A stretch of 64,000 nt of DNA from Haliotis cracherodii. Its lineage: Eukaryota. Positions 25,936 to 38,026 of this stretch are shown one piece after another. The position numbers and the translations under genes were made by a program. Position 1 is the first letter of the stretch; the number at the start of each line of letters is the position of its first letter. The DNA is taken from the NCBI RefSeq assembly GCF_022045235.1, contig NW_027266266.1:4953848-5017847 (forward strand), written 5' to 3'. Below the pieces are notes generated by a model, which was given only the letters and a program-made list of their open reading frames with translations, was not told the DNA's origin and did no database searches.

Positions 25936-26595
25936 ATCAGATGTTAGATGAACGTACCAGCCTCCACGAAGGACAGGCAGGCAGTAGAATGTACCAAAGC
26001 CTGGCTACTGATTGTGTCTGTATGTCATATTTGTCTTGAATCCCGTAAATCGATTATCCAGTGTATTTATCTCCTTTCTGTTTTGATAAATATCCTGGTC
26101 CTAATTCGTCACCACAGCATCTCCTCGAAGCAAGGGAGTTAACTGTGCATGTGTACCGTCAACTTAGCGTCAGCTCTATACATGTATCAAGTATTAAGAA
26201 AAATGAATTGTCATTTGAAAAATTTCTGAAGACTTCAATTGATATATTTCGGATAGAGAAATCAATTGCACACAAAATCAATACAGTAAGACAGTTTGAC
26301 AGAAAATGGAAAAATTTGGCAAATGAATTGTCTAGTTAATCTTTTTCAACATGAACAATTTCTAATGTGCTGTAAGGATTTAGCTTCCCACTTAGTTAAT
26401 AAACATGGCAAATTAGCCTGCCCGTTTCACCATTTGTAAACATTGTGAGACACCTGTAGCCAACTTAAATTTGCTGTCTGCTGTAAAGGTATGTAACACC
26501 TAATAAGTATACCACATGACGTGCTACTCATTGTATAACTCTGTAATATCATATACTGAATTGAATAAACAATATTTAAAAAAAGAAAGATCGTC

Positions 26596-27000
26596 CAGAG
26601 ATATTTTCCAAATATTTTAATGTTTTTAATCTTGGTGCTCATGGGGCGGTCGGGTAGCCTAGTGGTTAAAGCGTTTGCTCGTCACGCCGAAGACCCGGGT
26701 TCGATTCCCGACATTGGTACAATGTGTGAAGCCCATTTCTGGTGTACCCCGCCGTGATATTGCTGGAATATTGCTAAAAGCGGCGTAAAACCTCACTCAC
26801 TCACTTGGTGCTCATGTGATTTTATGCACTTCGCGAAGTAAGAACCGTTTATTACAATATAGATCTTGATTATCCATCAGATCGTCTTCACTGGGAGCCG
26901 CCATTTTGTTTGAAGCAAATGCAAGGGATATGAGGGGTGGAATCTGATTGGTCAATTGGAGGGACAAAGAACTCAAAGTACCAGATTGGCCCATGAGCCA
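26596..27000. mobile_element. MITE family 2 fragment carrying a nested SINE B
   Basis: 26815-26990 is about 80% similar to 15880-16060; 26600-26642 is similar to 15860-15895. Confidence 0.6.
26643..26805 (+). mobile_element. SINE family B nested in the MITE-2 fragment
   Basis: target-site duplication tggtgctcatg at 26632-26642 and 26806-26816. Confidence 0.85.
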
Positions 27001-27439
27001 CCGCCTTCTGGCGTAAGACTCTAGGCAATTTATTCAATCCAAAATTGAGAATTCACACATGTTATGCACGGCCAAGACCAAAATATACATTAAAATACAA
27101 CACAGGTGTGCATATACAATATTACGCACAGGGCCTGGCATGACCAGCCGATTGATAAGACCGGGCCCATCTTACCACCCGTCTGGGCGAAGTAAGGGTC
27201 GAAGTAGTGTGTTGGGCAAAGGAACACAGTTCCTAGAACCAGTGCCCTCAACTACCAGACTCCCGTCCTCCGCCGACACAGGGACGCAACCCACGGCAAA
27301 CGGGCTGCCCACTTTGGTCGCCTCTTACGACCAGCTATGGGGTGCTGTGGAAATATTCTACCCCGGTTCCACACGGGGGAAGAGCTATTAGCGCTACCCA
27401 GCACTCACCACGAGGAGGTTCCTCTTCACGAGTGCCGAC

Positions 27440-27985
27440 ACCACTGGGAACGAGGCACCAGTAGGTACTACACACCACTAGGGACGAGGCACCAGTAGGT
27501 ACTACACACCACTAGGGACGAGACACGAGTAAGTACTAGACACCACTAGGGACGAGGCACCAGTAGGTACTAGACACCACTAGGGACGAGGCACCAGTAG
27601 GTACTACACACCACTAGGGACGAGACACCAGTAGGTACTAGACACCACTAGGGACGAGGCACCAGTAGGTACTAGACACCACTAGGGACGAGGCACCAGT
27701 AGGTACTACACACCACTAGGGACGAGGCACCAGTAGGTACTAGACACCACTAGGAACGAGGCACCAGTAGGTACTAGACACCACTAGGGACGAGGCACCA
27801 GTAGATACTAGACACCACTAGGGACGAGGCACCAGTAGGTACTAGACACCACTAGGGACGAGGCACCAGTAAGTACTAGGCACTACTAGGGGCGAGGCAC
27901 TAGTTGGTACTAGACACCACAAGGGACGAGGCATCAGTAGGTACTAGACACCACTAGGTACGAGACACCAGACGGTACTAAATTC
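27440..27985. repeat. tandem repeat, 34-bp unit x about 16 (ccactagggacgaggcaccagtaggtactagaca)
   Basis: direct read. Confidence 0.9.
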
Positions 27986-28559
27986 CACCATGTACTAGAC
28001 TTAATTGTGTTTCAAAATGGCGGTCAGCTCACTTGTTCCCAGCAGTTTGGACAGTGATACCTTGTTACTATTGTGTGGGACCTACACGGTTCTGACAGGA
28101 GTTGCAGCAAATAGCCTTCGACGTCTCCCTGAAAGGTCTGTACAGCTTGAGGACGTACTAGGAAGAGTCAACAGCCCGGAAAACTGCCTTGACACCTTGT
28201 ATCTGAACCTTGGTGGAGATGATGATAAAGAAGGGGATGAAGGGAGGAGGTAGATGATGGTCATGATGTGGACCATCTGAGAAAGCTGCAGCTTATTCAT
28301 GTTGTGAGGACCTATGGTGGACATGGTAGGACATTTCATAAAGGAACGAATTCACAGGTAGCAAGCCGCTGCTGTGAAAATTGGGCTGAGCAGTATGTTG
28401 AGAACCAGCAGAAGATAGAACCAGCAGTTGGAGGGCGTTACATCCATGTACAAGATACCTGAACGTGACTTGAGGTCAACTGTGTAGAGGCTGCTGATCG
28501 CAATGCTGATGGTCCAGGAACAAGCCATGAAGGCAAAGACCCGTTTCCATGCTTAAACT

Positions 28560-29985
28560 GCTGCTGCCTGCATATAGCCAGGTAGAGGTTTACTGAAATG
28601 GCGCTTAAGAGACCACGCCACTGAGACTAAATAAGGAAAGTCGAAGGTGTATGTCAAATTGATCCATTCCAGGACGAATAACAAACAAAAATATACTCCT
28701 CACAAAAAGTAAGCAACAAGTATTATTTTCCGTTCAACATTCTCATCAGTGTTGAATGCCATCCATTTAGAACAAATTCAGGCAGGAGAATTACCTACGA
28801 ACACTCGACTTAAAGCCTTTTCCATGTAGATTTTCCTGATAACACTGATAACATCGCCTGAACACAACCACCCTCAAAACACACATGCAAAATGCACGAC
28901 ATCCATGTTTTACACACTTCACCCAAGCACCCTGATAGCTTAAAAACTGCCAGCAAGGGCAATTTGTCGACATTAACACTTTAGACATGGCTAGGTGTCA
29001 CTTAACGCCAATTGAGGTTGCTCAGATTGTTGGAATGGTACAGGGGGGTCTCACCCAAACTGCTGTTGCCAATCAGTGTCATCTCAAGAGCGATAACTCG
29101 ATACCATCAAACTGGACTGATGACAGAGAGACCACGCACAGGTCATCCAAGGGTGACAACTCCTCGTGAGGACCGGTATTTAGCCACTCTAGCCCGGAGA
29201 AACAGGTTTACTACGGCCGGGCTCTCCAGAATGACCTTCAGAGAATTGCAGGAAGCAGAGTCTCAACACAGACTGTAAGAAACAGACTTCACGCTCAGGA
29301 TCTGAGGTCCAGACGATCAGTACGACGTATCCCACTGCCTGCACACCATCGACAACAGAGACTTGCTTGGGCCAATCAACGCCGTAACTGGAGGGTGAAT
29401 AGCTGGCGTAACGTTCTCTTCACAGACGAGTCAAGATTCTGTAGGTAGGGCACGTGTGTGGAGAAACCGTAATGAACCGTAATGAACGACACGTCAACTG
29501 TACAATTGCTGAACACGACCAGTACGGAGGTGGAAGTTTGATGATCTGGGCTGGCATCAGGGTCATCAGACGTGGTACCATGACTGGAGTACGGTACAGG
29601 GACGAGATTCTCACACATGTGATCATTCCCCTGGCACAACAAGCAGGTCCTAACTTCATCTTTATGGATGATAATGCTCGTCCACATCGAGCAAGAGTTG
29701 TCACTGATCTTCTTCAGACCAACAATATCACGCATATGGACTGGCCTGCAAGGTCTCCGGATCTTAATCCCATTGAACATGCATGGGACATTCTTGGAAG
29801 GCGTGTTTATGGTCTTCATGTTCGTCCTCAGAATCTGGATCAACTTGAACAGGCCTTAAGGAGAGAATGGCAGAACATTCCACAACAGACACTTGATAGG
29901 CTTATCTGATCAATGCCAAGACGTGTAGAAGCTTGCATTCAAGCCAATGGTGGACTTGATGGTTGTTCATGATCCAAGCCTACCA
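28560..29985 (+). mobile_element. Tc1/mariner (Tc1-like) DNA transposon remnant; outer boundaries and TIRs not identified
   Basis: contains the transposase pseudogene; the 5' limit is a guess. Confidence 0.45.
28987..29909 (+). pseudogene. Tc1-family DDE transposase with at least two frameshifts. N-terminal HTH: MARCHLTPIEVAQIVGMVQGG...RYLATLARRNRFTTA. C-terminal DDE domain: ...ERHVNCT..GGGSLMIWAGI...FMDDNARPHRARVV...MDWPARSPDLNPIEHAWDILGRR...
   Basis: three overlapping ORFs in different + frames carry the classic Tc1 motifs (LFTDESRF, DDNARPH, SPDLNPIEH). Confidence 0.85.
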
Positions 29986-30275
29986 TGATGGTCGTTCATG
30001 ATCCAATCTTACCATTATGGTTGTTCATGATCCACACCCACAGTGATGGTTGTTCATGATCCACCCCCACAGTGATGGTTGTTTATGATCCACACCCACC
30101 GTCATGGTTGTTCATGATCCAATCCTACCGTGATGGTTATTCATGATCCACACCCACCGTCATGGTTGTTCATGATCCAAGCCTACCGTGATGGTCGTGC
30201 GTGATCCAAGGCTACCGTGATTGATGATCATGATCCACACCCACCGCGATGGTTGTTGGTGATCATTATCCCAAG
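29985..30275. repeat. minisatellite, 29-bp unit x about 10 (catgatccacacccaccgtgatggttgtt), starting inside the last codons of the Tc1 transposase
   Basis: direct read; the first unit overlaps ..GGLDGCS*. Confidence 0.85.
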
Positions 30276-30319
30276 ATTGTTGTTCATGATCCATACCCAT
30301 CATGATGTGATTATGTGTG

Positions 30320-32460
30320 TCCTTCATGACGGGTGTTCATGACCCATCATGAGGGGTTTATAGTGATCCCTATGATGGGATGGTGGGTGTTCATTGTGAT
30401 CCCTATCTGGGACGGTGGGTGTTCATTGTGATCCCTATCTGGGATGATGGGTGCTTATTGTGATCCCTATCTGGGACGGTGGGTATCCACCTTGATGGGT
30501 GTTCATTGTGATCCCTATCTGGGATGATGGGTGCTCATTGTGATCCCTCTCTGGGACGGTGGGTGTCCATCATGATGGGTGTTCATTTAGATCCCTATCT
30601 GGGATGGTGGATGTCCAACATGATGGGTGTTCATTGTGATCCCTATCTGGGACGGTGGGTGTCCACCTTGATGGGTGTTCATTGTGATCCCTATCTGGGA
30701 CGGTGGGTGTCCACCATGATGGGTGTTCATTGTGATCCCTATTTGGGACGATGGGTGTCCGTCATGACGGGTGTTCATTGTGATCCCTATCTGGGACGGT
30801 GGGTGTCCATCATGACGGATGTTCATTGTGATCCCTATCTGGGACGGTGGGTGTCCGTCATGACGGGTGTTCATTGTGATCCATATCTGGGACGGTGGGT
30901 GTCCACCATGATGGGTGTTGATTAGGATCCCTATCTGGGACAGTGGGTGTCCACCATGATGGGTGTTGTGATCCCTATCTGGGCACGGTGGGTGTCCGTC
31001 ATGATGGGTGTTCATTTAGATCACTATCTTGGGCAGTGGGTGACCATTATGACGGATGGATGTCCACCATGATGGGTGTTCATTGTGATCCCTATCTGGG
31101 ACGGTGGGTGTCCATCATGACGGATGTTCATTGTGATCCCTATCTGGGACGGTGGGTGTCCATCATGATGGGTGTTCATTGTGATCCCTATCTGGGACGG
31201 TGGATGTCCATCATGACGGATGTTCATTGTGATCCCTATCTGGGACGGTGGGTGTCCATCATGACAGATGTTCATTGTGATCCCTATCTGAGATGGTGGA
31301 TGTCCATCCTGACAGATGTTCATTGTGATCCCTATCTGAGACGGTGGGTGTCCATCATGACGGGTGTTCATTGTGATCCCTATCTGGGACAGTGGGTGTC
31401 CATCATGACGGGTGTTCATTGTGATCCCTATCTGAGACGGTGGGTGTCCACCATGATGGGTGTTCATTGTGATCCCAATCTGAGGCGGTGGGTGTCCATC
31501 ATGACGGGTGTTCATTGTGATCCCTATCTGAGACGGTGGGTGTCCATCATGACGGGTGTTCATTGAGATCCCTATCTGAGAGGGTGGGTGTCCACCATGA
31601 TGGGTGTTCATTGTGATCCTTATCTGAGACGGTGGGTGTCCATCATGAAGGGTGTTCATTGTGATCCCTATCTGAGAGGGTGGGTGTCCATCATGACAGG
31701 TGTTCACAGTGATCCCTATCTGGGACGGTGTATGTCTGTCATGATGGGTGTTCATTGTGATCCCTATCTGGGACGGTGGGTGTCCGTCATGTCAGGTGTT
31801 CATTGTGATCCCTATCTGGGATGGTGGGTGTCTGTCATGATGGGTGTTCATTGTGATCCCTATCTGGGACGATGGGTGTCCGTCATGACGGGTGTTCATT
31901 GTGATCCCTATCTGAGACGGTGGGTGTCCACCATGATGGGTGTTCATTGTGATCCTTATCTGAGACGGTGGGTGTCCATCATGACGGGTGTTCACAGTGA
32001 TCCCTATCTGAGACGGTGGGTGTCCATCATGACGGGTGTTCATTGTGATCCCTATCTGGGACGGTGGTTGTTCACCATGAAGGGTGTTCATTGTGATCCT
32101 TATCTGAGACGGTGGGTGTCCATCATGACGGGTGTTCATTGTGATCCCTATCTGGGATGGTTGGTGTCCACCATGACGGGGGTTTATTGTGATCCCTATC
32201 TGTGACAGTGGGTGTCAGTCATGACGGGTGTTTATTGTGATCCCTATCTGGGATGGTTGGTGTCCACCATGACGGGGGTTTATTGTGATCCCTATCTGTG
32301 ACAGTGGGTGTCAGTCATGACGGGTGTTTATTGTGATCCCTATCTGGGACAGTTAATGTCCACCATGATTGGTGTTCATTGTGATCCCTGTCTGGGATGA
32401 TGGGTGTTCATAGTGATCCCTATCTGAGATGGTGGGTGTCCATCACAACGGGTGTTTATT
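30320..32460. repeat. satellite, 60-bp unit x about 36 (ggtgggtgtccatcatgacgggtgttcattgtgatccctatctgggac)
   Basis: direct read; the unit resembles the adjacent 29-bp minisatellite; the long ORFs on both strands are artefacts of the 60-bp (3n) period. Confidence 0.9.
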
Positions 32461-33454
32461 AGAACTATGTAGTTATCTAATGACTCGGCACAACCAAACA
32501 CATAACAACTGGAAGGAATGATGTAAACATGTTTACTTTTTGATATTACCAGTGTATGAAAATAGGGGAAAGTTGGAATATGAATACAAAATAACTAGGC
32601 TGTGACAAAAATATATGCATACATTGGAGACTGGTGACACTAAAACATCTTAACAATGTGACGTTAGAAGGTCAATAAATGATATAAATAATGATGACAA
32701 TAATGATGAACTTAGTCACAAAATTCTGCTACACATCAGAAGATGGCAGACACATCACCTCACACACCAATAAATAATAGTATACAACAGTATATCTAAC
32801 ACATACATACATAAACAGTCCCATCTCAGGGGGCAAGGAACATGCCAATTCCAATCCTGACTGGGCACTAAATCATGGAGCATTGTTATAAACATAACAA
32901 GCAAACAGTATATATCTATTATACATATACAAGTCTTTGATAGGCATTTGAGGTCCTTCCATGTGTCAGACATCCAGTTGTCAGACACTGGAATATTTTG
33001 TAACTGCCAAACACCCCTTTACTCATAATGGAATGACCCAGATCTCTTTGCAGTTTTAAATGGCTTGGCTGAACTGTAACTATATTTGGTTTTTGAGATA
33101 GTGCAATTCCTGGATGCAGCAGGTTACATTCCAACTCTGGCTTGAATGGCTGACAGTACACTGACATTGATGTGGAAGTAAATGTTACTATTTCATAATG
33201 ATTGATGGTCAGTATATATCATGTATATGTTATGTATTATAGTTCATGTATACAATGTAAACCTCCTTTAACTGAGCAATATATTCCAAAGTATAAAGTA
33301 ATAATATATCAAGAATAAGTACTGATTTGTATAAATTTGGTTTCTTTTGTACCAGTTGTCAGACAGTTGTTGACGACAGGACTAGTCTATTTGGATTTAA
33401 GGGAATATATCACACACCTCATGTGCCCTCAACTATACAAGTTGTTTTAAGTTG

Positions 33455-34055
33455 TCTGACTAATGGGGTGTCTGACAAATGGGGTGTCTGACAAGTGGGG
33501 AGTCTGACAAATGAGGTGTCTGACAAATGGGGTGTCTGACAAATGAGGTGTGTGACAAATGAGGTGTCTGACAAATGAGGTGTCTGACAAATGGGGTGTC
33601 TGACAAATGGGGTGTCTGACAAATGGGTAGTCTGACAAATGAGGTGTGTGACAAATGGGGTGTCTGACAAATGAGGTGTCTGACAAATGGGGTGTCTGAA
33701 AAATGGGGTGTCTGACAAATGGGTAGTCTGACAAATGAGGTGTGTGACAAATGAGGTGTCTGACAAATGGGGTGTCTGACAATTGGGGTGTCTGACAAAT
33801 GAGGTGTCTGACAAATGGGGTGTCTGACAAATGAGGTGTCTGACAAATGGGGTGTCTGACAAATTGGTAGTCTGACAAATGAGGTGTCTGACAAATGAGG
33901 TGTCTGACAAATGGGGTGTCTGACAAATGAGGTGTCTGACAAATGGGGTGTCTGACAATTGGGGTGTCTGACAAATGGGGTGTCTGACAAATGGGGTGTC
34001 TGACAAATGAGGTGTCTGACAAATGGGGTGTCTGACAATTGGGGTGTCTGACAAA
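33455..34055. repeat. tandem repeat, 20-bp unit x about 30 (gtgtctgacaaatgRggt)
   Basis: direct read. Confidence 0.9.
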
Positions 34056-35002
34056 TGGAAGTGAACAGGCATATATATTAACATGATTAACATTATTAAC
34101 TCAATACAATTACTCAGTATTCACCTGAAGGAGTTCTGAAGTAGCTCTAAAACATTGCTACAAACAATAATAAAGTCATTATCCATAACAGTGTCATATG
34201 ATCCTGTACATACACAGCTGACAACTCTCATTAAGTACACTTTGCCCACATCCACACAACAGTATAGCTCCTTCATAAATCATAATTCAACTGAAGAACA
34301 AATCTGGAATAAAACAGTATTATTTAAACACATTCATGGGATTTTATCAAAAAGCAGTAAAACCTCTTCACAGCCATCAGCTACAAATATCATGGACGAA
34401 CAGTAACAAAACAAAGGAAGCATTGGATCCTGCTTCTGTTACAGACATTACTGAGACTTGGATGGTTGTTCAAACAGAATCAATAGCTATGTGGTTTAAT
34501 CCAATGCCTGCTTTTGTCACCACAGCCCTTCCTTTCCATGCACATCCCTGTTTCGATGGTTACCAGTGGATGGCTTGTCTACTTATAACTATTGTAAACT
34601 TAGAGACATGAAAGTCTTAATAAGGGAGCACCAATTTGATTTAGGGGGTGGGTCTGAGAACAATCTCTTTTTATCCTGCCTGTGACAAACTATTTATTTC
34701 CTAAGCACCATCAAACAATGCATTCATTTTCACTATTAACACAAAAAATGACGTTTGGATATTTTCCACAAAACAAGCTATTCATTTTTTTCACTAGTGC
34801 CAACAACCTTTTTATTTTGGGCATATTTATGGACTTTTCATTTTAAAAATCTTGCCACCCAACAACCCCCCGAAATAAAATGGATGCTCCCTAAACTAAA
34901 TCAGTTTTTGACTCTCTTTCATAAATATTTTTTTTTTTAAATCTAACAATAAACTTGATCTAAATTAGTAGCATGAGACTATTTTCAAGATGACTGAGCG
35001 AA

Positions 35003-35120
35003 TGTTGTTTTACGCCACAGTCAGCAATATCACCATTATATCACAGCAGCCTGTAAATAATCTAGTCTGGATGGGGCATACTAGTGGTTGATAGCATGAG
35101 CAACCCCTAGTCTGTCCAAG
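35003..35120 (-). mobile_element. SINE family A fragment
   Basis: cgccacagtcagcaatatcaccattatatcacagcagcctgtaaataatctagtct. Confidence 0.55.
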
Positions 35121-35184
35121 CATGATGACCCATAATGACCAGGGTCTCCATTGTAATCACATACTTATCAGTAATCTATCATAG

Positions 35185-35410
35185 GCCTCCATTGCCTAGA
35201 GGATAGAGTGTCTGCCTGGAGAGCGCAAGGTCTGGGGTTTCATTCCCGGACCCTGACACATCAAATGACAATAAAAAAGGGTACTTGTTGTTACCCTGCC
35301 TGGCATTCGGCACTAAGGGGATAAAACAAGGACTGGTCTGATCAGTCAGTCTAATGTGTCTGAGTAGGGTATCCATGTTAAACTGCGGCATGGTCAGTGG
35401 GCTAGCACTG
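35185..35410 (+). mobile_element. second copy of the composite SINE (tRNA-like head plus 3' region) without the family A body
   Basis: similarity to 21415-21500 and 21840-21960. Confidence 0.55.
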
Positions 35411-35639
35411 TGAAAATGGTATTAATCCAGACTAGTACAAGCAGCCACACACATGCACATGTACCCGTACATGAATGCATGTAGCTACTTAAGTGCAATA
35501 ATCTTGAAAGCGAAGTTAAATCCCATTTCTTGCAACCTCATTTACCCTTTTGATAAGATTGGGAACTGGGACCTTTCTTTGAATCTCTCTCTGTGGAGAA
35601 GTCAATACACTTATGGTATTCCCTGTTCAATGAACAGTG

Positions 35640-35810
35640 CTAATGCAGCAAGTTAAGACCTTCATGGTGTTCCCCCGTGCAATGACAGGTGCACACTTAG
35701 CAAGTGAAGATGTTCATGGTGTTCCCCCATGCCATGAACGGTGCTCATACAGCAATGGTGCAATGAACAGTGCTCATGCAGCAAGTGAAGACGTTCTTGG
35801 TGCCCATGGG
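35640..35810. repeat. tandem repeat, about 48-bp unit x3.6; the KCTD-like CDS terminates inside the first unit
   Basis: direct read. Confidence 0.8.
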
Positions 35811-36514
35811 TAAAATATGATTTGCAACTTGTAGACAAATTTCTGACAGGTTTGTCCATAGTAATATTTACACTTCCGTTTACCCTCATGTGGCTTGACA
35901 TTGAATCCATCCTCCATGAGATCATTCTCCAGACATTTCATAAACACTTCTTCGTCAGCCTGTGTTTCCCATGGCCCAATACTAACATGAGCTGATTCCA
36001 CGATGCATCCGTGGAGGGGGTTAAAGTTCTGAACTTTCGCCTTGAACTCTGTTCTGAAAGCACATATCAACACTTCACCGATTCTGTTAACCGATGCATT
36101 AGCAACTGCTGCTTGGATGACGTCATGCTTGGCATCTTGGTACCCTGGAAACTGGGATCGATGGGATTTTTTTACGATAATAGAAGCAATTTCAGGTCGA
36201 AGCTGTAGCTTTTCGACCATGGAGTGTAGGCCATAGTACTCGGCATCTCTGTAGACAGCAGTGGATAAGTCTGACGGCGGAACTGTCCCATAGCGGAGGT
36301 ATTCCAGAATGTGGCCAAACACGGCACCGTTGGTGTCCAAGAAGTAGTGGCCATCCTTGTCTTGGTCAACCTTGTGACGGCCACTGAACATGGCCGCTAG
36401 CATGGAGTCCGAGTACTTCAAAAGCGTGGAGAGTCGTGTCTGGTACACCACCCCGCCAACATTCAGTGATATGATTGGTGGAAACTGCCCCAGTTTTACA
36501 ACATTGTCTCGTGG
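35774..36514 (-). CDS. BTB/POZ (T1-type) domain protein, TNFAIP1/KCTD10/KCTD13-like. Main coding exon (246 aa plus stop): PRDNVVKLGQFPPIISLNVGGVVYQTRLSTLLKYSDSMLAAMFSGRHKVDQDKDGHYFLDTNGAVFGHILEYLRYGTVPP...
   Basis: 741-nt open frame bounded upstream by the acceptor ttatttttcag|CCA (36515-36517); a BTB_2/K_tetra signature (LNVGG..Y.T...TL....DSML.AMFSGR...D..G..F.D..G..F..IL.YLR) is aligned from memory to KCTD10/KCTD13/TNFAIP1. Confidence 0.8.
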   Translation of the reverse strand, partial: PRDNVVKLGQFPPIISLNVGGVVYQTRLSTLLKYSDSMLAAMFSGRHKVDQDKDGHYFLDTNGAVFGHILEYLRYGTVPPSDLSTAVYRDAEYYGLHSMVEKLQLRPEIASIIVKKSHRSQFPGYQDAKHDVIQAAVANASVNRIGEVLICAFRTEFKAKVQNFNPLHGCIVESAHVSIGPWETQADEEVFMKCLENDLMEDGFNVKPHEGKRKCKYYYGQTCQKFVYKLQIIFYPWAPRTSSLAA

Positions 36515-37672
36515 CTGAAAAATAAATAATCTGCAAGTGACATAGCGTGAGCAAATTAAACTTTAACGTCACATCAGCATTATTTCAGCCATAGAGCAAC
36601 GCCGGTGACATAGAAATTTGCAAGTTTTGTATAACCCACTGCCCCAGCATTTGAAGAAGTTACTGAGATTGACAAGCAGGGAATTAGTTGGGATTTTATC
36701 ATCAATTGATGTCCCTGTCACACTTAGCACTAAAGTTTAAAATTTGAGCATCCCCAGATTCAAACAAGGACAGGAAAACTTTGTTCGTTTTTCTTAAATT
36801 TTTCAAAACTGACTAGGTTGGTAGGGAAGACTTTTTTATTTCATTGTATTTCTGATTACAAATCTATAAAAGTAAACTGGATTCAAATGTGCTGCCCACT
36901 GCGGCCTGATCGAGTATGAAAGTATGAGGCACCGAGGTCATGGCGACCTCAGCCATGTTCTCCTGCAGTTCTGACATACCTTCAGTTCAAAATGTACTCT
37001 GTGGCCCAAAAATCAAAATTCTGCTTCCAATTTTTGTAAATTCTGCAACCAAAATTTTATAATGTCTGCAAACTTTTAAACTTTGTTTTCATGAATTTCG
37101 TAGTTTTGCAACTGTTGGACCTGTGGAAGCATTTTTTGTATAAACTTATCTGTGGCTAGAATAGCTCACTGAAGTGAATCTGGTGATCTGGGTTTTGCTA
37201 AGAAATGATACAATAGTCAACTTGACTTTAAAATGAAACTGATTCAATTAACCATTTATCAAAACGTAAAATGTTCAAAAGATCCATTTATAAACTCTTT
37301 TTTTCTTTTTTTTCCCGTAGAAAACAAACACATTATATAATTATTTGGAGTGATTTAATGAATTAAAACAATGCACAATTCAAATAATGACTTCGTTTCA
37401 GTAAACCTATGCAACTTTTACTCGTGTTATTTTCTGCAACAGCGGTACATTTCTGCACGGAGTTGGCATTTCTGCAAATTATTGAACTCAGCAGGGACAA
37501 CGGGACACTATGAGTGGGTCAAGTATGAACATAATTTGTATTCCTGGTGCATGTGAGCTGAAAAAAATTGTTTCTGTACTATATTTTCAGTGATTAAATA
37601 TATTTTAAATATGTATATATAATATGTTTTTTATCAAGCCTAATATACAGATAATACAGCATCAATCCCCAC

Positions 37673-37858
37673 CTGAACACCTGGCTGTCGGGGCATGGAG
37701 TCTGTGTGAGACTGTTCGTATCCTTCCCTGACATGCGTGATGAAAGGATGCTTCGCCCTTGGAACAGGCCTTGGTGCGATTTCTCGTATTGAAATATTTT
37801 CCTCAACGGAAGAATCGTCTTCATCTGTCATTTTCAACATTTCTTCAGATATGTACAT
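37673..37858 (-). CDS. candidate first coding exon of the KCTD-like gene (62 aa): MYISEEMLKMTDEDDSSVEENISIREIAPRPVPRAKHPFITHVREGYEQSHTDSMPRQPGVQ, donor |gtgggg
   Basis: an ATG-initiated ORF ending at a phase-0 CAG|gt donor that joins in frame to the phase-0 acceptor at 36514; the combined length of 308 aa is typical for KCTD10/13; no independent homology. Confidence 0.3.
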
Positions 37859-37959
37859 GTTTTGACATGCTGATGTGTTGTCTCCCTTCCCAACAAATTT
37901 AGCAAGCTCTTCCCCAGCGCGTGACACCTTACCCTCGGTAACTTATTATGGAGAGCTAG

Positions 37960-38026
37960 GCGAACGGGCTATCGCTGTGAGGAGCTTGCATAGTTAGCAA
38001 GGTCCTCACAGCGATAGCCCGTTCGC
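37960..38026. repeat. 67-bp near-perfect palindrome: 24-bp arms gcgaacgggctatcgctgtgagga with a 19-bp spacer that is itself palindromic
   Basis: 37960-37983 is the reverse complement of 38003-38026; about 100 bp upstream (transcript sense) of the candidate KCTD exon 1. Confidence 0.8.

Noticed and set aside
30524-32205. Long ORFs of 133 to 243 aa on both strands across the 60-bp satellite
   Set aside because: Perfectly periodic repeat-encoded peptides (..GVHCDPYLGRWVS.. and ..GITMNTHHDGHPPSQI..) on both strands are a hallmark of a tandem repeat whose period is a multiple of 3; no start or splice context.
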